64,000 nucleotides of DNA from Gemmatimonadales bacterium (GTDB lineage Bacteria > Gemmatimonadota > Gemmatimonadetes > Gemmatimonadales > GWC2-71-9). Of the stretch, positions 19,377 to 29,124 are shown in pieces. The position numbers were made by a program, and so were the translations under genes. The notes below the pieces were generated by a model, which worked only from the letters and a program-made list of their open reading frames with translations, was not told the origin of the DNA and did not search any database. Position 1 is the first letter of the stretch, and each line of letters opens with the position of its first letter. The stretch covers positions 3,520,001-3,584,000 of the forward strand of contig OZ252244.1 in assembly GCA_965249575.1 (NCBI GenBank). The letters are read 5' to 3'.

Positions 19377-20792
19377 ATGAAACCCAGACGGACCTTCTCG
19401 CGCTTGCTCCCGATCTTCGCCACGCTCGTTTGGCCGACCCAGCCGGTTGCTTGGGCGCAGTACCCACCTGGCACTCAGGGAAGCGCCAATCTCCAGGTCG
19501 TCGGACACGTTCCTCGAGGCGCGCAGTACCGAACCGGTGACGTGGAGATTGAGCAGGAGCTCTCCCGCCCGTATGCGTACGTATCGAGCCGCATGGAGGA
19601 AGCCGGATTCGATATCGTGAGCCTGAAGATTCTAGATCGCGCGAGGATCATCTACTCATGGCGTATCGAGAATCCTCGCCTGCACCAGGGTGGTGGGGGT
19701 ATGGACGGGCGGTACTTCAAGCTCAGCGGCCGCTATTACTACGTGCAATCCCTCCAGTTCAAGCAGAGCGGACCGGACTCTGATGTTGGCGCAGTCGTGG
19801 TGGACGTTACGGGGCTGCCGGACACGTCGAGCGTGCAGGAGGTGGGTCGGATGCGCGCACCGGAGAACCCCGGGGGCTTCCACAATTTATTTGCCTATAG
19901 GCATTCCGACGGACGGGTGCTGTTATTCACCACATCAGGCCCCCAAGCCAAGATCTATGACATGGACCAGTTTCTCTCGGGGAATCCCACGCAGGGCCTG
20001 GTTGGGCGGGTGCCGGTTCCCGAGACGCCTGGTGCGCTTTCGAAGAGCTACCACGACTTCTACGTCGGATACGACCCAGCCAGCCATGAGGACAGATTCT
20101 ACGGTGCCGGTGGGGGCGGGTATTACGTTTTCGACGTGAGTGACGTCAGCCAGCCCCGGCTCTTGACGACCATCTCTGGCGTGCCGGGCATGAACTGGGG
20201 CCACACCTTCACCCCGACCCCCGACGGACGGTACGCCATAGGCGAGGCGGAATGGCAATATCAGCCGCTTCGCATCTTCGATCTCAAGCCGGGCCTCGAC
20301 GGCGAGCTGCAGAACATTTCTCGTCCCATCGGAGCCTGGACTGCGGATTGGGAAAACGTCGCCCATAATCACGAGGTTCGATGGCCCTACGTGTTTGTCT
20401 CAGGCTATGAGGACGGGCTGCACGTGTTCAACATGATAGACCCGACGAATCCCTACACCGTCGGGTATTACGACACGTTCGACGGGCCGCACAACAAAGC
20501 GAGCATGGGGGGCGGCGGTCGTGGGAACTTCACCTGGGGAGTCTACGACGGCGCGTGGGGTGTGGACGTTCGAAACGCGGATGGATTGATTGTCGTGAGC
20601 GACCTCACGACTGGGTTCTGGGCGCTCAAGATGGACGGTTTCGACGGGTGGAACGGCCATCAGTGGGGCATGCCGAACAACTCGAGTGCACAGGACTGGG
20701 ACAACGGACCAGATGGTGCTCAGGGGCCGGCCAGAGTCAGCTGGACAGTGAGCAAGCCCCATCCCTTCCCAACCACTCCAACTGAGGAGTGA
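19377..20792 (+). CDS. Secreted LVIVD-repeat / choice-of-anchor-B-like beta-propeller protein, paralog 1
   Basis: AGGAG RBS before ATG 19377; signal peptide ending AWA-Q; blade ends VVDVTGLP, VFDVSDVSQP, VFNMIDPTNP; His motifs GGFHN, YHD, GHT, HNHE. Family name is from memory of these motifs. Confidence 0.7.
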   Translation: MKPRRTFSRLLPIFATLVWPTQPVAWAQYPPGTQGSANLQVVGHVPRGAQYRTGDVEIEQELSRPYAYVSSRMEEAGFDIVSLKILDRARIIYSWRIENPRLHQGGGGMDGRYFKLSGRYYYVQSLQFKQSGPDSDVGAVVVDVTGLPDTSSVQEVGRMRAPENPGGFHNLFAYRHSDGRVLLFTTSGPQAKIYDMDQFLSGNPTQGLVGRVPVPETPGALSKSYHDFYVGYDPASHEDRFYGAGGGGYYVFDVSDVSQPRLLTTISGVPGMNWGHTFTPTPDGRYAIGEAEWQYQPLRIFDLKPGLDGELQNISRPIGAWTADWENVAHNHEVRWPYVFVSGYEDGLHVFNMIDPTNPYTVGYYDTFDGPHNKASMGGGGRGNFTWGVYDGAWGVDVRNADGLIVVSDLTTGFWALKMDGFDGWNGHQWGMPNNSSAQDWDNGPDGAQGPARVSWTVSKPHPFPTTPTEE

Positions 20793-20864
20793 GAAGGCCC
20801 CGCCCCGCTCTCCAGTGGCCCCTGTGGTGGGGAGAGGAGAGTGGCCTCCTTACTCCTCACTTGG
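20778..20864. repeat. Long imperfect inverted repeat between convergent genes
   Basis: CCAACTGAGGAGTGAGAAGGCC pairs with GGCCTCCTTACTCCTCACTTGG. Confidence 0.6.
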
Positions 20865-20915
20865 GGTGGGAGGTGCGTGCGGACTCATGGCGCGTGGAGT
20901 GGACTGGGGAAGGGC

Positions 20916-21761
20916 CTACTGCAGGATCGCCCCAACTGCCGCGTCGTAGTGCTGCTCCGCGTCCGCCAGGATCTCCGGGATAGCAGACTCTTCCAGATCC
21001 ACTAGGTCCCACGCTTGTGGCACGAGAGGAGGGATGTAGCGCTCGCCGCTGCTGCCGAGCTGGAGTGCGTGGGCCGTTATGTCCGCAACGTGCACGATGG
21101 CGGCCTCCACCGGGTACGTGGCACCGTTGAGTGGTTGATGGTGGTAGGCGACGGGCTCTTCGAGGCTTTCCGGAAGGCCCCACTGGCTGACGAGCACCCG
21201 GCCCACTGCCGCATGGTCATAACCGAACGCGCTACGCTCGAGCACGTACAGGAGATCGCCGCTCAATGCCGCTTCTTCTAGCACGGAGCGAGCGCCCGAC
21301 GGATTCTGCTGGTAAATGATCAGGCGCCCCACATCGTGGAGGAGCCCGGCCACGAAGAAGCGCTCGACCTTTGGCGCTTGCTTATGGGATGCCATTACTC
21401 GTGCTATGACGCCGCAGCCGAGGCTGTGCTTCCAGAAGGCATCCAGGTTGACGAGATCGCTCGGGATATCTCGAAACGACTGTATGACGGAAGTAGCGAG
21501 GGCGAGATCGTGAATCTCTTCGGCACCTACGATGGTCACTGCTTGGGGGACGGTCTCGATCTTCGTGGACAATCCGTAGTAGGGGCTGTTGACCAGTCGT
21601 AAGAGACGGGCGGTGAGGCCTGTATCGGTGGCGAGCACGGCAGCCACTTCGTCGGTTGACCAGTGTGGGCTTCCCAAGACCTGTGTGAGGCGCAGGTACA
21701 CCGCTGGGGGCGAAGGGAGTGCCACCGCGCCGTCGAGGAGATCGGTGATACTAGGTGGCAT
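20916..21761 (-). CDS. HDOD domain-containing protein
   Basis: LPSPP, DTGLTARLLRLVNSPYY, FWKHS, AGLLHDVGRL, GYDHAAVG...WGLP...YHH. Alternative start at 21806. Confidence 0.9.
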   Translation of the reverse strand: MPPSITDLLDGAVALPSPPAVYLRLTQVLGSPHWSTDEVAAVLATDTGLTARLLRLVNSPYYGLSTKIETVPQAVTIVGAEEIHDLALATSVIQSFRDIPSDLVNLDAFWKHSLGCGVIARVMASHKQAPKVERFFVAGLLHDVGRLIIYQQNPSGARSVLEEAALSGDLLYVLERSAFGYDHAAVGRVLVSQWGLPESLEEPVAYHHQPLNGATYPVEAAIVHVADITAHALQLGSSGERYIPPLVPQAWDLVDLEESAIPEILADAEQHYDAAVGAILQ

Positions 21762-21927
21762 GGTCGGTCGAGATGCTCGTGACGAGCCGACGGACGCACT
21801 CTGCATAGAGGTGTGCGATCAGCGGATGATCGAGGTCCGTATGCCGAAAGAGCACCCTCGCTTCCTCTTCGGCGTCCCCACCGGCTGACGTGCCTTCGGG
21901 CCGCTTGCCCTCGATTCCGTCGGACAT
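21751..21927 (-). CDS. Small hypothetical protein coupled to the HDOD gene
   Basis: GGAG RBS before ATG 21927; 58 aa containing LFRHTDLDHPLIAHLY; stop overlaps the HDOD start. Confidence 0.45.
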   Translation of the reverse strand: MSDGIEGKRPEGTSAGGDAEEEARVLFRHTDLDHPLIAHLYAECVRRLVTSISTDHAT

Positions 21928-22210
21928 GCACTGCTCCGTTTCCGTACACCCAAACTCTGCTCGTGCGACAGGCCAACCCATCACGCGCTAGTATCGGGAT
22001 GACGAAAGGGACCCTTGAGCCGATCGCCGTGTCGTGGTGCCCTTTACCCGTCCGCCAGTGGACGGAGTGAGCTATGCAAGGGAAGCGGAGACGAATCGCC
22101 GGGGCGGCTGTTGACCGCGGCACGCCTAGGTAGTAGTCGTTTGATGGTTCGCCGCGGCCGCGCTTGCGCCTTGGCGTTCGTGTTCACCCAACAGCCGGAT
22201 CGATTCTCGT

Positions 22211-23692
22211 ATGGAACAGGGAGCGAAGTTCCCTCAAGACCTGACCGCGCCGCCGGAGGCGTGGCTCCCGGCGCGGCGCATCGCGCAGGCTATGGTAAGG
22301 CCCATCGAGCGCTTCATGCATGTCGAGGCGGCGAGCGGCATCGTGCTGCTCGTGGCTGCTGCGGTGGCGTTGATCTGGGCGAACTCACCCTGGGCTGCGA
22401 GCTACGAGCATTTCTGGGAGATGCCGGTTCGAATCGGGGTCGGGTCGTGGAGCACGGAGGGGTCCCTGCATTTCTGGATCAACGACTTGCTCATGACCGT
22501 GTTCTTCTTGGTTGTTGGCCTGGAGATCAAGCGGGAGCTTGCCGAAGGTGCGTTGTCGGATGTTCGACGGGCAGCCCTCCCCGTGGCCGCTGCGTTTGGT
22601 GGCATGCTCGTTCCCGCAGCGATCTATGTGGCCTTGAATGCCTCCGGACCCGGCGAGCGGGGCTGGGGAGTCCCAATGGCTACCGACATCGCGTTTGCGG
22701 TTGGGGTGATCACGCTACTGGGGCGTCGCATCCCGGCGGCGTTACGAGTCCTACTGTTGGCATTCGCGATCATCGATGACATCGGCGCCATACTCGTCAT
22801 CGCGGTGTTCTACTCGACCGGGTTCGACGTTCAGGGCTTCGCGATTGCCGGGCTGGGGCTCGTGATTCTCCTGCTCTTCCGGCGTATAGGGATGCGAGAA
22901 GGCGTTCTGTTCGTGATTCCGCTCCTGCTGCTCTGGGCCGGTCTCCTGCGGGCAGGTGTTCACCCAACGATCGCTGGAGTGATACAGGGCCTCACGGCGC
23001 CCGTCCGCCCGTGGTTCGGGCGGGCCGGATTCCTCCAAGTGGCGCAAGAGGCCTTGGCGCAGTTCGAACAGCGTGCTGCCGAGCATCGGCGCGACGAGGA
23101 GCTACTTGAGCCCCTGAACAAACTGGCGGTCGCTCAGCGGGAGGCGGTGTCACCTGCGCTGAGGGGGCAGATGGCGCTGCACTCCTGGGTAGCTTACGGG
23201 GTCATGCCGCTCTTCGCGTTTGCCAATGCTGGCGTGAACCTCTCGGGCTTGGACATGGCCGTGCCGGGGGCAGGAGCGGTTCTGATCGGCACTGCGGTCG
23301 CGCTATTCCTGGGGAAGCCACTTGGAGTCATGCTCGCCAGCTGGATTTCGGTGCGTCTTGGTCTCTGTTCGCTGCCCGCGGGCGCGAGCTGGCGGGGCAT
23401 GACGATCGTTGGATTCGCAGCGGGAATCGGCTTCACCATGGCCATTTTCATAGCCGAGCTGGCGTTCAATCAGCCCACGTTGCTCGCGGTGGCGAAAGCC
23501 GGGATCTTGCTCGCGACAGCGGCGGCGGCAGCGGTTGCGCTGCTCGCCGGTTGGGTGCTGTTACCGCGCGAGCAACCAGCCGCTCTCGCGGGTATTAGCG
23601 ACAGCGTAGCCGAGTCGTCGCCCGAGCTGTGGCTTGGGGTCAAACAAGTCCCCGAAAGCGGACCAGCGGGCGCTCGGGACCTCTTGGATTAG
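22211..23692 (+). CDS. nhaA: Na+/H+ antiporter NhaA
   Basis: WINDLLM, GLEIKRE, GWGVPMATDIAFA, AIIDDIGAI, GVHPTIAGV, GIGFTMAIFI. Confidence 0.95.
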   Translation: MEQGAKFPQDLTAPPEAWLPARRIAQAMVRPIERFMHVEAASGIVLLVAAAVALIWANSPWAASYEHFWEMPVRIGVGSWSTEGSLHFWINDLLMTVFFLVVGLEIKRELAEGALSDVRRAALPVAAAFGGMLVPAAIYVALNASGPGERGWGVPMATDIAFAVGVITLLGRRIPAALRVLLLAFAIIDDIGAILVIAVFYSTGFDVQGFAIAGLGLVILLLFRRIGMREGVLFVIPLLLLWAGLLRAGVHPTIAGVIQGLTAPVRPWFGRAGFLQVAQEALAQFEQRAAEHRRDEELLEPLNKLAVAQREAVSPALRGQMALHSWVAYGVMPLFAFANAGVNLSGLDMAVPGAGAVLIGTAVALFLGKPLGVMLASWISVRLGLCSLPAGASWRGMTIVGFAAGIGFTMAIFIAELAFNQPTLLAVAKAGILLATAAAAAVALLAGWVLLPREQPAALAGISDSVAESSPELWLGVKQVPESGPAGARDLLD

Positions 23693-23786
23693 CGGCGCCC
23701 GGACAACCCCGCAATTCGCACGGGCGTCGATCTCCGTGCGAGGACACAGGGCGCTTAGTCCCGCCGGAAGGACGGAGTCGTTGAGC

Positions 23787-25217
23787 ATGCTGAAACGTTC
23801 CAAGATGTTCGCTCGCGTTGTTACGTGGATGGTGATGGGTGCCTCCCTGGTCCGTGCACCGGTCGGTGCAGCGCAGGAACGCCCGCCTGGCCTCGCGGAA
23901 TTGAGCGACTCCTTTGAGAGGCTTGCGAGCCGCGTGGCGCCGGCAGTGGTCGAGGTTTTCGTCACGAGTTACGGCCCGATTGGTGGCGATGCTCTGGGCG
24001 CGGGTGCTCTCCTCGGGTCCCAGCGACGGGCGGGTTCTGGAGTGATCCTGAGTTCCGATGGCTACGTCGTAACCAACGCCCACGTCGTCCGGGGCGGGCG
24101 ACGGTTGAGGGTGTCCCTGCCGTCATCGGTCGGGTCGGGAGCTCCGGGTCGGTCCCTCATAAAACCCGTCGGGAAGCAGGTGGATGCGCGAATTGTCGGG
24201 ATCGATCGCGAGACGGATCTCGCGGTTTTGAAGATCGACGAGTCCGGTCTCCTCTTCCTCGAGCTCGGCGATTCCGACGAGCTCCGACCCGGCCAGCTCG
24301 TGTTCGCATTCGGCAGCCCCCTGGGCCTCGCTAATTCGGTCAGCATGGGAGTGGTGAGTGCGGTCGCACGGCAGCTCGAGCCGGAAGCTCCAATGGCCTA
24401 CATCCAAACCGATGCGACGATCAATCCGGGGAACAGCGGGGGCCCGTTGGTCAACGCCCGTGGCCTCGTCGTCGGGGTGAACACGCTGATCTTCTCGCAG
24501 TCGGGTGGCAGCGAGGGGATCGGCTTCGCGGCGCCGAGCAACATCGTGCGAAGCGTGTTTCAGCAGATCCGTGCAAATGGGCGGGTTCGTCGCGGCGAAA
24601 TCGGGGTATATGCCCAGACCATCACTCCAACGCTAGCCGCAGGGTTGCGGCTCCGTCGCGAGTGGGGCGTCATCCTCGGTGACGTGCGTCCTCGAAGTCC
24701 AGCAGCCAACGTCGGGCTCCGGGCGGGAGATATCATCCTGGCGCTCAATGGCAAGCCGATGGAGAACGCACGGCAACTGGACGTGAATATCTACGGGCGG
24801 TCCGTCGGTGATACGGTGACGTTGGGTGTGCTTCGCGGTGCCGAGCAGTTCGAGGCGCGGGTCCTCGTGCTACAACTAGCAGATGACCCATCCCGATTCG
24901 CTGAGCTCGCCACCCCAGCGGAGCATCTGGTTCGGCGTCTTGGCGTGCTCGCTGTTGAGTACGGGAGTGAGCTTGCGCCGATGCTACCGTGGATACGCCA
25001 GTCCACCGGCGTCGTGATCGCGGCGCTGGCCCTCGATGTGCCGTTCAGGGATGTGGGGTTGGAGCCTGGTGACGTCGTCTACGCCGTCAATTCGATCCCC
25101 ACGCCAACGGTGCGGCAGTTACGAGCCGTCCTGGAGGGTGTGGGCTTGGGCGATCCTGCGGTCTTCAGGATCGACCGGCGCGGGCGATTCATGTACGTCG
25201 CCCTGAATCTCGAGTGA
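23787..25217 (+). CDS. HtrA/DegP-like trypsin serine protease with PDZ domains
   Basis: Catalytic triad in TNAHVV, TDLAVLKI and INPGNSGGPL; signal peptide; two PDZ-like regions. Start moved to ATG 23787. Confidence 0.9.
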   Translation: MLKRSKMFARVVTWMVMGASLVRAPVGAAQERPPGLAELSDSFERLASRVAPAVVEVFVTSYGPIGGDALGAGALLGSQRRAGSGVILSSDGYVVTNAHVVRGGRRLRVSLPSSVGSGAPGRSLIKPVGKQVDARIVGIDRETDLAVLKIDESGLLFLELGDSDELRPGQLVFAFGSPLGLANSVSMGVVSAVARQLEPEAPMAYIQTDATINPGNSGGPLVNARGLVVGVNTLIFSQSGGSEGIGFAAPSNIVRSVFQQIRANGRVRRGEIGVYAQTITPTLAAGLRLRREWGVILGDVRPRSPAANVGLRAGDIILALNGKPMENARQLDVNIYGRSVGDTVTLGVLRGAEQFEARVLVLQLADDPSRFAELATPAEHLVRRLGVLAVEYGSELAPMLPWIRQSTGVVIAALALDVPFRDVGLEPGDVVYAVNSIPTPTVRQLRAVLEGVGLGDPAVFRIDRRGRFMYVALNLE

Positions 25218-25807
25218 GTCGGCTTGTGGCGGAGCACCTGGGGATGCTGGCCCACCCTACGATTCCAGCATCCCCAGTTCCACGCACGTTGTAGGCATGT
25301 AGACGGTCGGTTTGAGGTGGTGCCTCGCCTGCTCCTCGGGCGAGCCATCTGCCTGGATCAAATCAGTGCGCTCCCGCGAGCTGATCTCGGGCTCACTGTC
25401 ACGGGGCGCTTCCATGCACTGCTGCGTCATCAAATCCTCCACAAATCCTCGGTCCCTCGACGGTCCTAGTCTCTTAGACGCGTGGACCCGCTACATCGTT
25501 GCAGGTACGTAGGCCCGGGTGTGCCGGGTTGGTGCGAGCCGCGCTGGTGGGCCTTGTTCCAACTACAAGGACGGTCCAGGCTCCCGTAATGTTACAACCT
25601 TGAGCGGGGAGGTGGCCGGTTCCAGGTGTCCCCCCGGGGCACGTTACGCGTGTGAGACAGAACACAGCCCCCCGGGCTCGACGGTCACAGCTTGCCTCAA
25701 GCTTCGTAGCCATATTGCCGACCATGATGAACTGGAGACCTTGCTGGTCTTTTCAACACAGCGATCGACTTTGGCGCCCAGCGCCAAGGTCACACCGGAG
25801 GAGTGTC

Positions 25808-25980
25808 ATGTCATTGTTTTACAGGAAGTTACAAGCATGCAGCCTGGTGCTGGCCGTCGGGCTGGCGGCCTGCTCGGAGACGAGCGGTCCGACCGACGGG
25901 TTTACCGTCGCCGACGCGTCGGCCGATCTGGCTGCCATGCAGGGTGCCTTCGAGACTGAGGCCTTCCAGAGCTTGGGCGG
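25808..25980 (+). pseudogene. 5' fragment of a lipoprotein gene, truncated at a junction with a beta-propeller fragment
   Basis: GGAGGAG RBS, ATG 25808, signal peptide with lipobox LAAC; after ~58 codons the frame runs into out-of-frame propeller sequence and stops at 26092. Confidence 0.6.
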
Positions 25981-26523
25981 GGTCACTCCGCCACACCCAG
26001 TCCTGACGGACGGTACCTCATTACGGAGACCGAATACCAGTACGCTCCGTTACGGGTGTTCGACCTGGCGCCGGGACTGGACGGGAGGGTGAAGACGATT
26101 ACTCAGCCGATCGGGGCCTGGACGGCGGACTGGTATGCGCTGTCGCACAACCACGAGGTACGCTGGCCCTATGTGTTTGTCGCTGCCTACGAAGACGGCC
26201 TCCAGGTTTTCAACATGATGGATCTCGCCAATCCCTACACTGTCGGGGGATACTACACGTGTGAATGCCCGCATGGGGCGGGAAGAACCGTACTGCAGAC
26301 CGAGGTGGAGATCCGGCGTGGGGCGGGGGCGGTCTTGAACGGCGCGTGGGGGGTCGATGTGAGAAACGCCGACGGTCTCATTGTGGTCAGCGACAAGGTG
26401 ACTGGCTTCTGGGCGTTTACCCTGGACGGCTTCGACGGTTGGAACGGCCACACCTGGGGAATGCCGAATGTTTCGAGCGTGCAGGACTGGGAAGACGGGC
26501 CGGATGGCGCGCGTACGCTCTGA
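25981..26523 (+). pseudogene. 3' part of beta-propeller paralog 2 (N-terminal ~60% missing)
   Basis: GHSATPSPDGRYLITETEYQYAPLRVFDL...SHNHEVRWPY...QDWEDGP matches the other paralogs; in-frame stop at 25957 and no signal peptide. Confidence 0.8.
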
Positions 26524-27690
26524 ATGCGAACGATCGATGAGAGGAGGTGGCGCTTGGGTTCGCGGGCGGATACGGCGGTGAGCGAGCGCGCCAGGGCGTT
26601 GCATCAGGACTCGATTGTGCTCGACGCTCACAACGACAGCGTACAGCGCATCCTGATCGATGGGGTCGACCTGGGTGTGCGTTCCGACGCCGGGCAGGCG
26701 GATCTTCCCAGATTCCGCGAGGGGGGCTTGAACGTCCAGGTGTTCGCGGTGTGGGTCGACACGGTCTATCTCCCGTATCATGCCGTCCGTCGGACGATGC
26801 AGCAGCTCGATGCGCTCCACGATTTCTTGGAGACATATCCCGATCAGGTGGAGCTGGCCCGCACGGCGTCCGACGCCCGCCGGATCGTGGCGAACGGCAA
26901 GCTCGCCGCCTTCGTAGCCATCGAGGGCGGCGACGCCATTCAGTGTGATCTGGGCGTCCTTCGCATGTACCACCGTATGGGTGCGAGCAGCATGACCCTA
27001 ACACATTCCAGAACGACTGATTGGGCGGATTCGTCGACGGATGAGGCGCGTTGGAACGGCCTGAACGACCTCGGTCGCGAGGTCATTCGTGAGTTGGACC
27101 GCCTTCACATGGTGGTGGACGTGTCGCACGTGTCGGACGCGACGGTTCGGGATGTTCTAGAGACGACGTCAAGTCCCATCGTCGCATCTCATTCGTCCTG
27201 TCGTGCGTTATCGGATCATCCGCGGAACTTGTCGGACGAGATGCTCGAGGCCATCGCCGACAACGGTGGGGTCATCGGCATGAACTTCTACTGCGAGTTC
27301 ACGGATCAAGCATATCACGACAAGATGAAGGCTCGGCATGTGGATCTATTGGGAGAATTGAACCGGCCACCGGAGATTCCGCCCGAACAACTCGACGATT
27401 TCGCCGCAGAGCGGCTCAGAACCTTTTTCAAGGACCGGCTGCCTCGGCCGCCGTTCGAGCGGATCCTCGAGCACATCGATCACGCCGTCGAGGTGGCAGG
27501 CATCGATCACGTGGGCCTCGGAGCGGACATGGATGCGACCGACATTCCGATGCCAGAGGGCATGGACGACGTGACCGATTATCCGAAGATCACGGAGGGG
27601 TTGCTCGAGCGCGGTTACGCCGAGGGTGACGTTAGCAAGATCCTTGGAGGGAATTTCCTGCGGGTGTACGAGCAGGTCATCGAAAGCTGA
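26524..27690 (+). CDS. Membrane dipeptidase (peptidase family M19)
   Basis: DAHND, IEGG, VDVSHVS, ASHS, HPRN, DHVGLGADMD, KILGGNFLRV. Confidence 0.92.
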   Translation: MRTIDERRWRLGSRADTAVSERARALHQDSIVLDAHNDSVQRILIDGVDLGVRSDAGQADLPRFREGGLNVQVFAVWVDTVYLPYHAVRRTMQQLDALHDFLETYPDQVELARTASDARRIVANGKLAAFVAIEGGDAIQCDLGVLRMYHRMGASSMTLTHSRTTDWADSSTDEARWNGLNDLGREVIRELDRLHMVVDVSHVSDATVRDVLETTSSPIVASHSSCRALSDHPRNLSDEMLEAIADNGGVIGMNFYCEFTDQAYHDKMKARHVDLLGELNRPPEIPPEQLDDFAAERLRTFFKDRLPRPPFERILEHIDHAVEVAGIDHVGLGADMDATDIPMPEGMDDVTDYPKITEGLLERGYAEGDVSKILGGNFLRVYEQVIES

Positions 27691-29003
27691 TCGGAACGTC
27701 GATTCTCTCCCGGGATCACCGTCACTACGCCCACTCGTTTCTCGCTCTCCTGTTCATCGTCAATTTCCTGAACTACGTCGACCGGCTCGCCATTACCGGT
27801 CTCATCGAGCCGATTCGTAAAGATCTCGGTGCCACCGACGCGCAGATGGGGCTGGTCGGTCTCGCGTTTACCCTGACCTATGCGGGGCTGCCACCCCTGT
27901 TCGGGTGGCTCGGAGACCGGTGGCCCCGGACGATCTTGATCGCGTGCTCGGCGGCGTTCTGGAGTGTGGCGACAGCGGCTACCGGCTTGGCGCGAAACGT
28001 GGTCCAGCTCGCGACGCTCCGGGGGGCCGTTGGGGTCGGGGAGGCGTCGTACATGACCAATGCGCCGAGCCTCATCGCGGATCTCTTTCCGCTGAAGGGG
28101 CGGGGCAGGGCCATGTCCCTGTTCTATACCGCGTCGCCAATCGGCGTGGCGCTCGGCGTGACGATCGCCGGGGTTCTCGGTGAAGCGTACGGGTGGCGGA
28201 TGGCCTGCTTTCTGGTGGGGCTCCCCGGCATTGCGACCGCGGTATTGGTGTGGCGCTTCCACGAGCCGGTTCGGGGCAAGTTCGACGGTGTGGGTGAGGT
28301 GGTCCGCCCCCCGATCGTCGTGGCGGTCAAGGAACTCCTGGTGAACCGAGTCTTCGTACTGATCGTGCTGGCGTTTACCGGCCAGGTCTTCCTTCAGAAT
28401 GCGGTGGAATTCTGGCTCCCGACGATTCTCCAGCGGGACAAGGGAATCCCCCTCCTCGAGGCAAACGCGACTTACGGGGCCGTGGCGCTCCCCGCCGGGA
28501 TCATTGCTCCACTGATGGGGAGCTTTCTGGGTGATGCCCTCAGACGTCGCACGGCGGCTGGCTATTTCTGGATCTGCGCGGCCAGCGTGATCCTCACGGC
28601 GGCGCCGCTCATTGGGCTGGGGATGGCGTTTGCCAGGGCCCCGATCTTCGCGGCCGTGTTCTTCGAGATCCTCTTGGCCAACACGTCCCTGGGGCTGGTA
28701 GTAGCTCTCGCCGTGAGCATCGTGAGTCCCGGCATCCGGGCAACCGCGACGGCCGCGATGCTCACCACCGTGCACCTCTTGGGGGACGCGATCTCACAGC
28801 CGCTGGTCGGCAAGCTCTCGACCGAAATGTTGGAGGGTGGCATCTCCGGTATGGTCGTGAGCGAGCTCGCGGCACTGTTCCGCACGAGCCCGGACAGCCA
28901 CCTCACGATCGCCCTGCTCTGCGTGGCGCTACCGGCGGCCGTGGTCTCGTCTGTACTGTTCGTAATGGCGGGGAGGGAGGAGGGGAATGCGACTAGGGAG
29001 TAG
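27687..29003 (+). CDS. MFS transporter (spinster-like)
   Basis: The frame is open upstream of ATG 27846 and encodes TM1 (LALLFIVNFLNYVDR); motif A GWLGDRWPR, GVGEAS, IADLFP..RGRA. Start codon uncertain (CTG 27687 or ATT 27702). Confidence 0.85.
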   Translation: MIGTSILSRDHRHYAHSFLALLFIVNFLNYVDRLAITGLIEPIRKDLGATDAQMGLVGLAFTLTYAGLPPLFGWLGDRWPRTILIACSAAFWSVATAATGLARNVVQLATLRGAVGVGEASYMTNAPSLIADLFPLKGRGRAMSLFYTASPIGVALGVTIAGVLGEAYGWRMACFLVGLPGIATAVLVWRFHEPVRGKFDGVGEVVRPPIVVAVKELLVNRVFVLIVLAFTGQVFLQNAVEFWLPTILQRDKGIPLLEANATYGAVALPAGIIAPLMGSFLGDALRRRTAAGYFWICAASVILTAAPLIGLGMAFARAPIFAAVFFEILLANTSLGLVVALAVSIVSPGIRATATAAMLTTVHLLGDAISQPLVGKLSTEMLEGGISGMVVSELAALFRTSPDSHLTIALLCVALPAAVVSSVLFVMAGREEGNATRE

Positions 29004-29066
29004 GGGAATAGGGGGTGGGGCTCACACCCATATCCCTATTCCCTACCCCCTATCCCCTACTAGCCC
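28992..29066. repeat. Purine-rich / pyrimidine-rich short-repeat inverted repeat
   Basis: CTAGGGAGTAGGGGAATAGGGGG followed by CCCTATTCCCTACCCCCTATCCCCTACTAG. Confidence 0.6.
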
Positions 29067-29124
29067 TTGCAGTTCCCGTTTCCCACCCCCAAGTTCACCC
29101 GCCAATCCAACAGGAGCGCACGTC

